NCBI GenBank assembly: GCA_051294905.1
Contig: CM119371.1
Location: 9,610,001-9,674,000 of the forward strand
Length of the DNA: 64,000 bases
Direction of reading: 5' to 3'
DNA from: Botryllus schlosseri
Lineage: Eukaryota
The position numbers were made by a program, and so were the translations under genes. The notes beneath the pieces are model-generated. The model was not told the origin of the DNA. It saw only the letters and a program-made list of their open reading frames with translations, and made no database searches. Shown here in pieces: positions 35,415-49,300 of the stretch. The first letter of the stretch is position 1. Every line of letters starts with the position of its first letter.

Positions 35415-36062
35415 ATAATTTCCAATACTTGCGAATTAGTATCGAACCCTTCAGAAGCTTGATCCGGGATGTATTGCTACTGCACAGCAAATGACGACAA
35501 AGCTCAGCAATGTCTATCGACAAAAAATGGGGCATGGTGTAGTATTCAAAATAGCGTTTACAATTCATAGTCTCAATCATCATATATTTACTCTTTCCTG
35601 CTTGACTTATTACTTTTCCCCAAATACTTTTCAAAAATATCACCTCCACCGAAAAAGTTTGTAAAACAATGTCTTGAACGTTTAGAAAATCCTGATTTTC
35701 TTTGTTATCCACCTTTCTATGTATTACCCTCTGTAAAGTTAGGCTAATTTGAAGTGTACAACTGTATTCATGATTTACTGCATGAAATTGCTGATATTGA
35801 ACGTTGTCAGAGTTTGCTTATTTGTCTATATAGCATAACGATTGAGGTATGGGAAGACCCATGTTTTCTAGAATGTCTTGCTTGCTCACCAGGAAGGCGA
35901 CAAAAGGTGAAGGAACCTGATTGTGTAATCACCTACATCACTAACTTGCGAAAAAGTGAAGATTTCGAGGTAGATTGCAGCTTGATATATAGCCCTACTT
36001 ATGTATAGGCCAAAAAGAAGTCAGCCCTCCCGGAGTTCTATATATCCCTGACATCTACAAAC

Positions 36063-38840
36063 ATTCGCTCTGCGTTATAGTGGTGGTGATTTAGCACCGC
36101 CTTCCTTCTCGCGTAAAGTATTCGTTGAACTTCTTAATACGGGTACTTGCTCTGTTGAGTTTAGTTTTAACGATACCTTGTACATGCAAACCGACGGTGT
36201 AGCTATGGGTAGCCCGCTTGGCCCGATTTTGGCTAATATATTTGTGGGATTCCATGAAGACAGACTTTTCGCCGCAGATAAAACCATAAGCCTCCATTCA
36301 TGTATCATCGCTATGTCGCCGACACCTTCGTTATCAGTCACAATGAGACGGAGTTCGATGGCTTTTTTGATAACTAGAATTCTCTACACCCGTCTTTAAA
36401 ATTCACATTTGAAAAAGAGCGTGCTAACTCGTTCTTTCGTTCTTAGACGTTCTAGTGGAAAAACGGGGTATTAGCTTTGTCACTTCGGTTTACCGGAAGC
36501 CAACGTTTACAGGTCAATATATACGCCGGAATTCGTTTAGCCCGAATCGCCGTAAACTAAATTTGATTGGCACGTTGGTGCACAGAGCCTTGGTGATATG
36601 TTCGGATGTAAAATTAAACGCGGAGCTAGAATATATCCGCAAAATTCTAATCGATAACGGGTACCTCGAACACATCATCAAGAGTTCTGTGGACAGAAAA
36701 CTCAGTAATTTCAATCTCAGCAAATCACAAAACACGAACACACGGTCTGAGGAGAAGGCATAATTTACCGCGGCTGGGGCCCATCTCTTATCGTTTTGAA
36801 AAGCAATTGATTTCTGCTGTAAATCGCTGTTACGATAACGTAAAAACAAATGTTGTGTTTACCACCAAACAATTATTGCTTCCTGCAACGCGCAAAGATG
36901 TTCTTCCTGCTTCTCAACAATGCAATATAGTCTATATCAGTGGTTCTTAACCTTGCCCCCAGCGCCCCCCAGGGGGCGCTGGCGATGTTGAAGGGGGGCG
37001 GAAACGCTCAGGGGGCGATATGGGGGGCGCTGGGCTCAGGGGGGCGGTATGGGGGGCGCTGGAGAAAAATGGCTTCGCAGTAGATGATGTGGTGATAGGA
37101 CATATCCTTAATGAGTATTCAGAGCAAATTAACACCGAAAACTTCGTTACATATAGCCTTCAAAATACATATAGGTTTAATTGTCAATGGGCGCATAAAT
37201 GACTGACACCGAATGTTCCTGTCTTGGAAATCTGAACCCCAGAAGACGAATTCCATCTGGCAGGGAAAAATTATATGTCAGTTAAGAAATACCAATCTGA
37301 AATCGTGTGCGTCTTTTAGTTTAGTACGATTGGGCGACAAGCTATATTCCTGTTGGGCGATATCCCCGTTGAGCGATTCTATATTTTTTTGATATTGCAG
37401 ACAGGGGGTCACGAAATAACATCATGCAACGAGGTCAATACCAACGGGTTCGCCTGCCCGAATATGTGTAATTATTGGTAACGGGCCCTACAGTTTCTAA
37501 GAAACCTCACAATGTTCGCTTTAAGTTTTGATGAGTCTGCGCACACTCAACAACTCACTGCGCTGACCTTTGGACAACAGTGCGTAACGACTAAAAAAAC
37601 TCCGGATTTGTTGTGCGCAACGTAGATTTTCTGTGCGCAGAGACCGTGTCAGCACTGCACACGTGCGCAGCTTAGAGGGAACTTTGCACCTAACTCAGCT
37701 CTACCGGTAAATGTGTTCACGTGAGCAGAGAGAGGATAAAAATTGATCTCAATTTACATGCAATTCCCGATGATATTGACCAATTCAATCATTAAATAGT
37801 GAAATTTTTCGCACTTCGCGCGACTAGGCGAGAATAGCTCCCTCAGTAAATGTACACCCAATGTAGATACCTAATAGGCTATCAGCAAATAGCGGACAGC
37901 CTAATGGGGGTCTGGGAGCGAAGTCCCCCGGAAGTTTGGTTTATCACCCGATGGGGGCCCAGGACCAACGTTTTATGTTTGGGGAGGGGGGCTGACGAAG
38001 TGCTGTTACGGCCCTGGTAACGAATAATTGTACCTGCGGGAACGCCCGAATATGTTTAATTATTAATTACGTGCCCTTTATTTTCCTATACAACAGCTCA
38101 CTCAGTGCTACTGGTAAATCTGATTACGTGGGCTGAGAGGATAAAAAGTTTATAGCGACTTATAAATGTAATTACCATGCATTATAGCAAATTTTGGTAC
38201 CTAGGGCGACCAGGCCACACAAACTTTGCTGACCATCAAAATCACGATATGGGGTTCGTGGGGGCGAAGCCCTCAGAAGTTCGGTTTATCACGCTATGGG
38301 TGCGCAAGGCAATCGTTTTTAGGGGGGTTGACGAAGTACTGTTACGGCCCTCCCTCTTACTCATTGTCTTTATTACATTCCTTACAATATGAAGTTGAGG
38401 GGGGCGCTGGAGCACGATAATTTTTGAAAGGGGGCGCTGGACGAAAAAAGGTTAAGAACCACTGGTCTATATGATTTCAAGTGCCACTGTGATTGTCGGT
38501 ACGTGGGAAGAACAACTCAGCGCTTGCATGAACGCATCAAACAGCATGTTCCGAGCGTTATTAGATCGCGAACATTGGAATCTGGTGAAGACGCAGCTGT
38601 AACTGATCTACGATTACTAGAACGTAATCAGGCCATGGCTATGAACTCTGCCAGCGGCAAGCATTTGGCTGAGAATGCAACTAGCGCTAAAAACTATCGC
38701 GATGAAAGATTTTCTATATTAGGTAGAGGCCGCACTAATTTCCATCTGGCTGCACTGGAATCGACTTATATTATAATCCACCGACCGCGCTTGTGTCAGC
38801 AGAGGGAATTTTTAGTGAATCTAAAAATTGGCCACTAGCT
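36063..38840 (+). pseudogene. Penelope-like element RT + GIY-YIG endonuclease, 5'-truncated, frameshifted, split at 36937/38473
   Basis: YMQTDGVAMGSPLGPILANIF and VYRKPTFTG (PLE RT); NIVY | CHCDCRYVGRTTQRLHERIKQH ... ALESTYI (GIY-YIG). 3' non-coding part continues at 38841-38918 and 41405-41520. Confidence 0.9.
36938..38464 (+). mobile_element. Buster/Charlie-like hAT non-autonomous element with nested MITEs
   Basis: TIRs CAGTGGTTCTTAACC / GGTTAAGAACCACTG; exact 8-bp TSD GTCTATAT at 36930-36937 and 38465-38472; GGGGCGCTGG subterminal repeats. Confidence 0.93.
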
Positions 38841-38918
38841 GCGCTGGCGTTTTGCCTGTATTTCTTGTTGTTCGTTTCTATGACGTCATAATTGGTTGTA
38901 TACAATGTAGCTAGAATT

Positions 38919-41404
38919 TAGGGTTGCCATACGTCCGGAATTTCCAGGACATGTCCGGAATTTCACCGAAAAATCTGCGTCCGGGAGGAATTTCTAAAAT
39001 ATGCCTAAATGTCCGGAATTTTGAAGGCTTGAAGCAGGCTCCAAAGTTTTTCGTAAATCAACATAAACAATGTTATTTTCAAGCAGATTTATGCTATTCA
39101 AAATTGTTCTTCGCGCCGCGCGCGATTTAATTTAATGCAACGTATAATGATATTAGTATGGGCTTCAGGCACCACCCTCGCCAAAAAAATACAATCAAAA
39201 TAAATATAAATAACCATTATTTACTGAAATAAGTCTGATTGTAATCGCAATTATAAGCTAACGGTATGTTCCTAGAGTTGGTTAAAGCCGATTAGATGCT
39301 TCAATCACAGACAGTGGTTCCAGATTTAGGGCTCGTCCGCCTTTAGGCTATCTGGAGATCGCGATGATGTTGGACGTAATCAGCTTCCTAGGCCGTGAGT
39401 AAGTTTGAGCAAGCTAAATTTTTTTAGTAATCAGCTTCACAAGTTTTGAGCTTTGCCACGGAACTTTTTCAAGTGGTAAACGAGGTCGCGAGCATAAAAG
39501 GTTGGAAATCACCGGATGTGCAACCTGCTGGTGCATTTTATAATAGCCTAATAATATATCGAAGAATCAATATTATTGCCAGAATTCATACATAAAATTC
39601 AACAGCCAAATGCATATAGTAGGTGCCCAACAAGTTAGATAGACTACCCTATGGTGGCCCAAGATCAGTGCTTTTTGGGCGGAAGGGGGGGGGGGAGAAA
39701 AATGTTGTTCCGAACCTGATTAAAACACATGAGCAGATAGCCGGATCGACCTCACTGTATAGCAGGGCTGTCAAACACAATCCTGACAGGCCAGACACGA
39801 CCCGCCAGATGATTTCATCCGACGCGTGGAGGAATATATTGCAAACCCTAGCAAAGCAATCACCAGAGCTCACATTACAGATGGCTCAATTCATGACTTA
39901 TGCTCGACTTCATTCCCGTATAGTGTATATCAGTGGTTCCCAAAGTGGGCGCCAGCGCCCCCGTTGGGGCGTTCGCGAGCGTGAAGGGGGCGCCGGCGAT
40001 GAAATGGGTGATTGGGGGGGGGGGGCGCTGGCTGTAAAATTGGGCGGCAGGGGGCACTGAGTGCATATGGGGGCGGTGAGGGGTTAGAAGGCATTTAGCC
40101 TATCCCGTAATGATGAACGGTTGCTGAATAAAGCAGCTAAATATGTAGTCAAAACGCAAAATCGTTCAACTCAGGGCAATTCAAGGTCACCCGTCTCTAT
40201 TTCATCAGCTGTACCGTAGAAGTCCAATTGTTACTTGACAATGTTGAATCTGTCCATAAATGGACTAATTTAACAGTCGGCAGAATGCCTAGACGGCGTG
40301 GTTCATCGTGTGCTATGAGAACTACGAAGCATATGAGCAGTTTTTGCTATGCTCTGCTCATGCTCACAGTGAGGTGTGATAGCTTTTTGAGAGAAACTGC
40401 CTTGTATCATTTTAATCTCTGCTTCAAACGATCGCGGATTATCCACAGTGCTGCTACCGAGGCCTTCGACACGACGTTCTGATTGCGAGAATCGATATCC
40501 CTTTTGGGCCTACTTGACGGGCATATTCTATAAAATTTATCAGTAAAATTTATCCGTTCCTAGCAATAATGAAACGCGATAAAGACGAAAACGGCGCTGT
40601 CCGGATTCAGTGATAAGCCCGTGATATTGCACCGAAATTTTGCGAGACGTGAACTGTTCCAATTCTCAAGCTTGCATGAGCTATCGGCCCAGCTCGACTA
40701 CCCGATTTTGACGGAGAAGCATAAATCAATCACTGCTCAAGGATATGGTGGTAATATTCCGGGATATATTCCCATTAGAAATTCCTTACAATATTATCAA
40801 TTCATTCTGTAAAGTTTCCGAGCATGAAATGATTTAGGATCTGATTCCATAGTAGTGTAGGTAGAACAGTTTGGAGTTCAATATTGCGAATCAATCATCC
40901 TGGATACACAATTAAATCAACTAGAAATACTCTCAATTGAGTCGGGTTGACTTTTTTGTCGTTGCCCTTCTCCGCTCATATTTGATAGAACGTGTCAAGG
41001 TTTTTGACTCACAGCAGCAGAAACCGACTTGACAGTACAGGACGTGGAGACTGGATATTTTAGAATGAGATTGCTCTTATGAAAACTCAAACCCAATGTG
41101 AAGAGGATGATGATAATAATAATAAACCATCTTCATCCGTCTCATTACTAGCTGTAATAAATGCATAATAGCATTCGTTTAATTTAGGCGTGGTGAGGGG
41201 GTCAGGGGGCGCTGGCACTTTATTCGTTGTCGTGGGAGCGGTGGCTCAAAAAAGTTTGGGAGACACTGGTGTATATAGTCGATGGGCAATGCTTTGCTAG
41301 TGTGACGTCATATTGACGGTCAATGTGTTACAACTCATTTTAAAATTCGCTAGTGGGCGCTAAAGAGTGTCCGGAATTTGCTTCACAAAAATATGGCAAC
41401 CCTA
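38919..41404 (+). mobile_element. hAT-type element (TAGGGTTGCCA / TCCGGAATTT family) in the Penelope 3' end
   Basis: TIRs TAGGGTTGCCAT / ATGGCAACCCTA; flanks AGCTAGAATT / AGCTAGAT (imperfect TSD); relatives at 42570-43895 and 58013-60188. Confidence 0.8.
39931..41268 (+). mobile_element. Buster/Charlie-like hAT element, nested
   Basis: Ends CAGTGGTTCCCAAA / TTTGGGAGACACTG; exact 8-bp TSD GTGTATAT at 39923-39930 and 41269-41276; diverged copy at about 63180-64000. Confidence 0.9.
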
Positions 41405-41544
41405 AGCTAGATGCATGTTTTTGAAATTCTCCATTTGCTGACGATTGCCCTTGAAAAGTGTCAGCTCGAATAGCTTTGGGTTTTAATATATTTTACTATG
41501 AATACATGATTAAAATGTATATTGGTCACTCCAAAACTACAGTG

Positions 41545-41837
41545 CGCGAAGCGCAACAAAATTTCCGGGCTTTACTGGACTTTTATGAATATTAGATGTT
41601 GGTACTCCGTGAAAACAGCCCCAAAATTCGTCAGGCTATCTTTCGTGTTTGGCAATTAAATTACTTCTACTTGACAAACTGAAAATAGCGAGACGTAAGT
41701 AAGTATAGATAACAAAATTTTACGAAGTAGAATTAGAAGTAGATAAAATCAGATCTACCTGAGTAAGTACCAGAAGTAGAGGAAAACTACTTGAGTACTT
41801 CCAATAAATAGAAGTACTTCGTTACTGACCACCTCTG
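41545..41837 (-). mobile_element. Partial copy of the 1462-2755 hAT family
   Basis: Reverse complement matches about 1462-1750, including the end CAGAGGTGGTCAGTAACGAAG. Confidence 0.8.
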
Positions 41838-41945
41838 CAGAAGGCACAGCTAGGATTATCGATCCGGAGAACCCTATTCTGCTGAGGTGGAAATTCAGAC
41901 GATAGTGTCCCGTCCGCAATCTCAATAGAATTGTTTCCACACAAG
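41838..41945 (-). mobile_element. Short fragment of an I-group-like non-LTR retrotransposon ORF2 C-terminus
   Basis: ETILLRLRTGHYRLNFHLSRIG matches the RLRTGH...LNxHL motif near LINE ORF2 C-termini. Confidence 0.7.
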
Positions 41946-42569
41946 GCGTAGCTATAGTTTGTGGCTTGATATATATATATATATATGTGTGGAGAGAACT
42001 GTTTGTAATGGGCTCCAGCGAGAGTTTCTTGGCGGACTTATTACCATTGATTTTAGTTATCTCCGCAACACAATGCAATCAGCCAGTTTACTTCGGTAGA
42101 CGTAAGTTTTATTACATTTCGATCGGCGAATTCATAGGCTGGAGTCTGTTTTGCAAGTCGATCGGTGACTAAATTTCCATACATGACAGACTATCCTGAA
42201 ATCTATGTAAACGAAATAGCGGAATTGCTTCCGTGCAGAAGATGATCCAGTTCAGATCCAGTATTAGCTTCTTATAGAAGTATCTTTGCCAAGATGATTT
42301 TGCACTAGAGTATTTATTCAAAGTGACAACGTGTATCTTACTTTGTAATGCGTAGAAATCCATAGCAATGCATCGAATATTGCTTACATTTATATCAGTC
42401 GAGACAATATATTGCAGTTTAGATATCAAGCTTTGATACTTCAATGTTGCGATCGTGAATATAAAAAGAATATCAAACGCCACCAATATTGTTGGATCCA
42501 TCGGTGAATACAAGAATAGTGTTTGGGTATTGCTCAGAGATCGTCAAGTATCGAGTGGATAACGTAGAG

Positions 42570-43895
42570 TGGAGGGTTGCGTCCGGGGGCTGTATGCAAT
42601 ATTACTTTAGCCATAGCTCGTTGCAATATCTAATGGTATAGATGGCAGATGGATAGATGCCTGCGACATGTAAATCCTCCAGCTATTGAAGTCGAGATAA
42701 ACTAGGCCTATTGAAATACCAGTTATACCCTTTCATTCCCCACCGCATGATGTGCCATGCGATCATCGAAATTGCAGCTGCCGCTGTCCGTCACATGCCC
42801 AGGGTTGCGTTCAAGCAAAGGCCCTGTGAAAATTTCACTGAATATCTCGATCGCTGTAGGACGTTCATGACGCTCAATGTATGATAGTGCTACCCCGGTC
42901 GAATAAATAGCACCGGAAGCAGCTGATTTGACAATGCAATTTGCGACAATGCTCCTACTCATTGATGTTACTTCTCGGACCTGTCCGGAATTTCTCTGTT
43001 GAAACTGCGTCTGGAAGGAAATGCTAAAATATGTTTAATGATAGCTCAAAATTCTTCTTAAATCAACATAAACAATATGCTATTTTGGGCAGATTTATAC
43101 TATGATAAGTTTTGTCGCGCTGCTCGCGGTTTATTCAGCGTCAAATAGCCTGATATTAGTGTGGGTATAACGGGTATTGATTAAGGCCCGTTTGGATGCT
43201 TTAGTTAAACACAGTTGAAAACCCCCAGGCGTGCTGTTGCGGGCCGGCATTTCGGCTCATAAATAGTCTTATTCGTGTGACATGAGCACGACTTGACGAT
43301 GTACAATGTAGGCTACTTTCCTATTCATCACCTCCACCAGCTCTACCGCTATCTCTGATAACGTGGGCGGAGAGAGGACTAAAATGTTAGTAATATAGTA
43401 ATATATGGAAGACCAAGATTATTGACAGAATTCATTCACAAAATTTAACAACCACATGCATATAGTGAGCTCATCAGAAGTTCCATCGATCAGCCGATGG
43501 TGCGCCCAAGGCCAGTATTTTTTAGGCGGTAGGGTGCGGGAAAAGTGTTTTTTGGTCCTAGTTACAACATACAGCCACATAGCTGCCTCGACGTAGCAGT
43601 ATAGCGGGGCTGGTAAACACATTCGTCGTTCCGGACACAGCGCCCCCGACGAACATCCGGCCCGTGAAGTCTGTTGACGACCAAATGTGAATAGCAAATC
43701 TAGCAATCGCCAGAGCTCAAAATAGAGATAATAGTATAGTTTATTCACGACCTATGTTTAAAAATTCACTTATGTATACAGTCGGTAAAATGCAAAGCAT
43801 TGCTAGTGTGACGTCATATTGATATCTTATTTCGAAACCCGCTAGCAGGCGTAAAGAGTGTCCGGAATTTGGGTCACAAAAATATGGTAACACTT
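42570..43895 (+). mobile_element. Older diverged copy of the TAGGGTTGCC/TCCGGAATTT family
   Basis: 42975-43200 resembles 38945-39300; 43810-43895 resembles 41295-41404. Boundaries approximate. Confidence 0.55.
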
Positions 43896-43998
43896 TACTA
43901 TGTGTTTCATGTGCCACGACGTGGAAAATAGTATTGAAACCATAATTCTCAATATGTTTTCCAGCTATGTTTTTTCCACTAAAGTACATAGTATATAG

Positions 43999-44557
43999 CA
44001 GGGGCAGGCAACATACGGCCCGCGCGCTGGATCCTGCCCGCGACGGTATTTAGACCGGCACGCAGAGAGTTTCTACCCTGAAGTGAAGTCCTAATCTGAA
44101 AGTAATGAGAAATTATATGCGTCACAGAATGAATCCAAGTTTGCCAACCTGAGAGCGATGGTCATGAAGCATGATTCAACATTTCCGACTAATAACAATT
44201 GAACAAGACAAGGCTGCGCTCCAGTATAACTGATTCTCAGGTGCACTCGTGCAGTCTTTACTAAGGGTTTCTACATCTGGCATGAAGCCAGTGGAAAGAA
44301 CGTGGTGAGTGGTGACACTTCGATCGCCCACTGATGTCTGATGGACTTCAACAGCAATTGAAGGACAGTCGGTTAATAAATATATTAAATATTGTATCTG
44401 GTTTGTATGTTTCAAACTTGCAGTTTACATTAAATACGATTTATTCATTTTATAGATTGATAAATACGCGATTAATGTGGCGATTTTGTAATCCGGCTCG
44501 CCAAGAACTTCATTTTCCCATGTCAGGCCCGCCAACCGGAGAAGTTACTCGCCAATG
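43999..44557 (+). mobile_element. Diverged hAT MITE (CAGGGGCAGGCAAC family)
   Basis: Both ends resemble 56790-57865 (GGCAACATACGGCCCGC ... GGAGAAGTT); degenerate TSD. Confidence 0.6.
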
Positions 44558-45090
44558 GATTTTAGGCTACTACGTGTTTCGTACGCTAAGATGCGACCAA
44601 TCTAGGTTTACAGCCTTCCACAGTAAAAAGGTTACGAAACTATAATTCTCGCTGATAAATCAGCACCTACTGGCCAGTATCGTGCAATTCAAGTGCTCGA
44701 AAAATCATTTGCGATTACTTCACTCGGCCGGCCCTAGTACTAACACCCCCTCTTGCCTGTGATTGCTTGAACGAGTTGATGTACACTGAGACTTGCAAAT
44801 GTATATTGTAGGGTGACAAATCGATACACCGTTAACATTGAACCTCGTGGTGTCGGACAGCAGGTCGCCTTTGCTAATACAGCCCGCCTCAATCCAACAG
44901 TTTGAAAAAGTACACGATATCTCCACGTCAGCAGGAGCGAGGATCGTATAATTTCAGTACTCGATAATATCGTATTTTGCTACTCGACTCGAATCATTAA
45001 AATAATTACTCGATTCAGGTTCGAGTACTTGGATCATTGAGCCCAGCCCTAGTAATCACATAATATCTGGAGACATTATACAGGATATGA

Positions 45091-45464
45091 TAGGCTTACC
45101 ATATTTCGGAAATGAAAAAAGAGGACACTTTTTCAGAAATTTCAGACATGCAAAACTGGAGAAGAATTCTCAAAAACAGGTAAATTTCACCCGCTTCATG
45201 ATCGGTTGACTAAAAAAAAAAAAAAAGGTCTTCATTTCGCTCAGAGCTGAAATCACCGCTTTTTCCTCCGAAATACCCGCCGGAGCTTCACTTCTGCGCT
45301 AATTTGCGGCATATCACTCTCAATTTCCTCTATATCTGACCTAAATTTTCAAAAAAGAGGACAAAATCTCAAAAAAGAGGACAAAAGGGCGTCCTCCGAG
45401 GACACTTTCAAAAAAGTCAAAAAAGAGGACAAATCCTCTTAAAAGAGGACGTATGGTAAGCCTA
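45091..45464. mobile_element. hAT MITE
   Basis: TIRs TAGGCTTACCAT / ATGGTAAGCCTA; TSD GGATATGA / GGATATTA (1 mismatch). Confidence 0.85.
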
Positions 45465-46119
45465 GGATATTACAACCCAACAGGACATGTTATGTGATTT
45501 GATATGTGTATCGATGGATGTGCGATAGACCTATATGGATGCATGTTATACAACGCTAATTCAGTAATTCGATGACATTCATTCAACGGGATTTTGAAAC
45601 GATTAGTCAATAAGTTTACAAGTGGTGGGGAAAGAAACAAAGAAAGTTGTCCGTGGGATTTTGATATACGTATGTACGAGACAGAATCCGTTGTACGTCA
45701 GACAACGAAGCAGTTCACTGCCGCTCGGCACCAGTCCTTCCAATGGAGGATATACGCAGCGAATCTTACAAGTAAACTTTTGGAGTCATCACATAAAAAC
45801 ATTGCCCTGCGTTATACCCACTGGTTACAGACAAATTGTACAATTGATCAAAAACACCGACCGGCTGCAATTGTGGAGGCGCGGATTTTATTCCAGCCTA
45901 TAGCGTATGTTTGATCTTTCGGATAATAAAAACGCAAAATAAACTATTTTTATGATCGACTTGAAGTTGTGACGTGAAGTTGAAACGTACAATTTACGAT
46001 TACCTTAACATTATAACACAAATAATGCTATAGCAGTGTCGTGTTATTATAGTAGGATTACAGATACGTTTTCATTTGGTTTCGAATCAATTGATTACTG
46101 ATATCTCCAGAGATAAGAA

Positions 46120-46312
46120 CAGGGTTGTAACCAACGCACAACGCCCCAAATCGCAAGTCAATCTCACTTTCATAGTTTTGACTCTAGTCAAGTCGAGTCA
46201 TTTTCAATTCACCGCCGAGTTAAGTCCGAGTCCAAGTCAGCGAGCAAAGCATCGAGTCCGAGTCATGGTATTATGACTCGAGTCCGAGTCCAAGTCATTG
46301 TCAAGTCACTTT
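46120..46312 (+). mobile_element. Partial CAGGGTTGTAACCAA (GAGTC-rich) MITE
   Basis: Same start as 7533; GAGTCCGAGTCCAAGTC repeats. Confidence 0.6.
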
Positions 46313-49300
46313 TTTGAATTAGCAAGTTCAACATACTATCTACGGCCCGGTCAAATAGAAAATATGCTCATGGAAATATGGCAACATACTTCTTAAGGTC
46401 AATCCATTCGCAAAAAATACATACCGCTGAAGGCCAGACGGATAATAGTTGTGCAATTTAAGAAATGAAATCAGTAATTGCCAATCTATTATAAAAACTC
46501 ATACAGTTGTGCATACGATGGGGAGTAATAATTTCAGACTTTCAAGAAAGGTTGCGTATATATGCCATCACAACATGGACCAACTCATGGTAATGATACA
46601 ACGCCGACTAAGGTCATCTAGTGCATGTAAGCTTTCATCGATCTCATTGACAGTCTCAACTAAATGAAACAAAATGAACCAACGGTAAATTTTATAATGC
46701 ATGTTATCCTTGAATCCACTATCACCATAATCAGATACTTCTGCATCTTAAATTGTTTATCGGTAAAATATCAGGAGAGTGGACGCGATGTCTTCTAATG
46801 AATGGCCATACGCCGATGACTTGTTGTGTGACCGTACATCGCCAGAAACACCGTACCATCCTGTAAAACGACAAAATTAAGTTATTGTCGCACATGATCT
46901 GCACAAAGAAAAGCTATTCATGGCTGAGGACGGTCAACGTAGAGGATGAACGATGGCAGGCTACACAGGTAGAAGCGAAAGTGACTCATAAATTTGTAAG
47001 CTAACGTGGTAACATGAGCAAATTTCTTCAAAAGTGCGAGTAGGAAAAGAAGGTAAGTAATATATCTTTATAGTGCTTGTTACACTAGAAAATAAAAAGT
47101 GTGAGCTTCAAGTACTTTTGCCTGAAAAACTTTGGTGTAGAAGTAGACGTAGTCCCAAAATATACCCACCAGAATAAGTACTGCAAGTCAGCAAAACCTA
47201 CTTGAATGCTCCAGGAAAGAGGTACCGGCTACACAATGTACACATGCTTGGTGATAATGTAGCAACAAACATTGCAATTATTTGATATGGTGACGACAAT
47301 ACCAGTTAAGGCCATAATCGTTCTGTTGTGATTTTGGTAAATTTCAACCATCGTTCGTAGTCAATAGTTTCACACAATTCAGTTCATACCATGTGTGATG
47401 GTCTGAGGCTGGCCAATGGCAATATCTGGAATTCGTACTAGGTCATTTGTATGTAGTAAAGTGCAATAAATGCGAAGTAGAATCGAAATGAAACCAATTG
47501 ACAGAATAATAATGAGCTTTTTGCTACTACCAAGACAGCACTTCGTTACCCCCTCCAATACATAAGTGTGTGCTTACGATAGGGTGATCAACCATACTAT
47601 ACATGTATTAAGGTCTCGGTAAACATGCAGTGGGCATTTTCAGCTAAGCTGTTCCCGACGATATTTTGGCAGCACAATTTGCGAAGTCTAATGATGGTCT
47701 AAACTTTATAAGTTTTTGACTGTCGTGGCGTTGTGACGGCCGGCTTGAAATGACATTTACTAAATATTTCATTTAGGAATTTTTTTAATTCTTTTGGGCC
47801 CCCTCTCAGCTAGTCTTTTAATTAGGGGGTTAGGGAGCAAGAGCTACGGTAAAGTTTATATGTTAGAGCTCGAATACAGCATTCGGCATGGTGCCGGGAA
47901 ATACAGTCTGAGATTGATCAAGTCCTTCATCGCAGAAAAAGACACAGGATAATTTGACAGTTGCGAGGATTTTGCGCCAAGCACGAATGGAACAAATTGC
48001 AATATTCTTATTGCTCATCGAGTCATTAACTGTAATAACGATGATTTTGAGCTGTTCAATGAATTGACTCAATACGGATTTGACACTGCACCGTGTTCAG
48101 GCGGATGTCATATTGAAAACAACTACCAATACCAACTACCAATACATTACGATAACGGGATTAGTGAAGCCATCAGATTAGCAGATTCGTGGACCGTGTC
48201 CATCTTAACGTTCTTCCACCAACCGATATTCGGTAAGAGACATTCAATTACCTGCATAATCTCCACATGTGCCGTAAGTAGAGATGTCGTTCGAAACTCC
48301 TCCCACACAAGCATATTCCGGCTGGACGCCCGTCACCCTACAAGGCATTAGGTAAAACTTTGTATATTACAGATCTCAACTGCCTACATTGTCATTCGCA
48401 CAAAGCGGCGTCATCAGGGCGATTAGTGATCTGATGAACGATTTCCGTACTTATGTGTCGCAACGCAAAGTACAGGTCGTCTGCTTATTCCTCTATTGGT
48501 TATAAATCTAGATTTCTCGGAGGATAAAATACAGAATGAAAATGGTTTTGAATATAGTCACGATCGGTACTATACGGCGGTAAACCAAACTTTATGCTGA
48601 TTGGTCGAGAGATAAGGGCCATGGATACTGCGCAACAACGAGGACGCTGCATTTACGTAAGCCTAGTTGACACTACATTGTATTTCCATGGCTAAGTAGA
48701 CGCTATATAAACTGTATAAAAACGACAGGATTACAGTTGAATGTTTATTCCTTCATCAATAACAGTAGTATTAGGAACGTAAACAAAATATTTAGTTAAC
48801 ATATACAAAAGTGAAATACCGAAATACTCATGTGTTTAACTGTTACTAAGTGCAGTGCCACCAATGGCAACGACCTGGGGAAGAACAGATCTTTCCATTC
48901 ATTTCCTTCCAACGCAAAGGACTTCGGATTGGGAATGTAGAGTAAGAAGGCATAACTATTTGTGGCATAGATTTTGGCCTGAATTTGATGCTAATAATAG
49001 TGATTTAATTGTAATTATCCAGCAGCAGTCAAATAAAAACTCCCTTTCTGTGATTTCTGACCCAGTTCGAATTTCATGAACTTATCGACCACAATATTAC
49101 GATATTTCCAGGGACACCTTACCTCAGGCACACCAATTGCAGATGAGGTTTGCTCAGCTAGAATCACTCTATCAGGTTAAGTACACAGATATCCACATGA
49201 AAAAACAAAAACAAGACCAATCTCTGCTACATTCACATGAGTGATGATGCCTAGTAATCTTGTATAGCCCTTTCTTTGTGCGACAACCCCCACAATATTG

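Larger units (their letters stand above)
33086..36050. mobile_element. 2,965-bp non-autonomous hAT element
   Basis: TIRs CAGGGATATATAGAACTCCGGGA / TCCCGGAGTTCTATATATCCCTG; exact 8-bp TSD ACATCTAC at 33078-33085 and 36051-36058; left-end copy at 55661-56083. Confidence 0.92.

Noticed and set aside
34560-35990. Possible hAT transposase remnants on the minus strand of the 33086-36050 element
   Set aside because: Only vague resemblance (e.g. YYTMPHFLSID); no catalytic motif could be recognised with confidence.
48380-48720. CCAAT/TATA-like cluster as a host promoter
   Set aside because: Spacing and orientation are inconsistent, the motifs are common in AT-rich DNA, and no linked exon was found.
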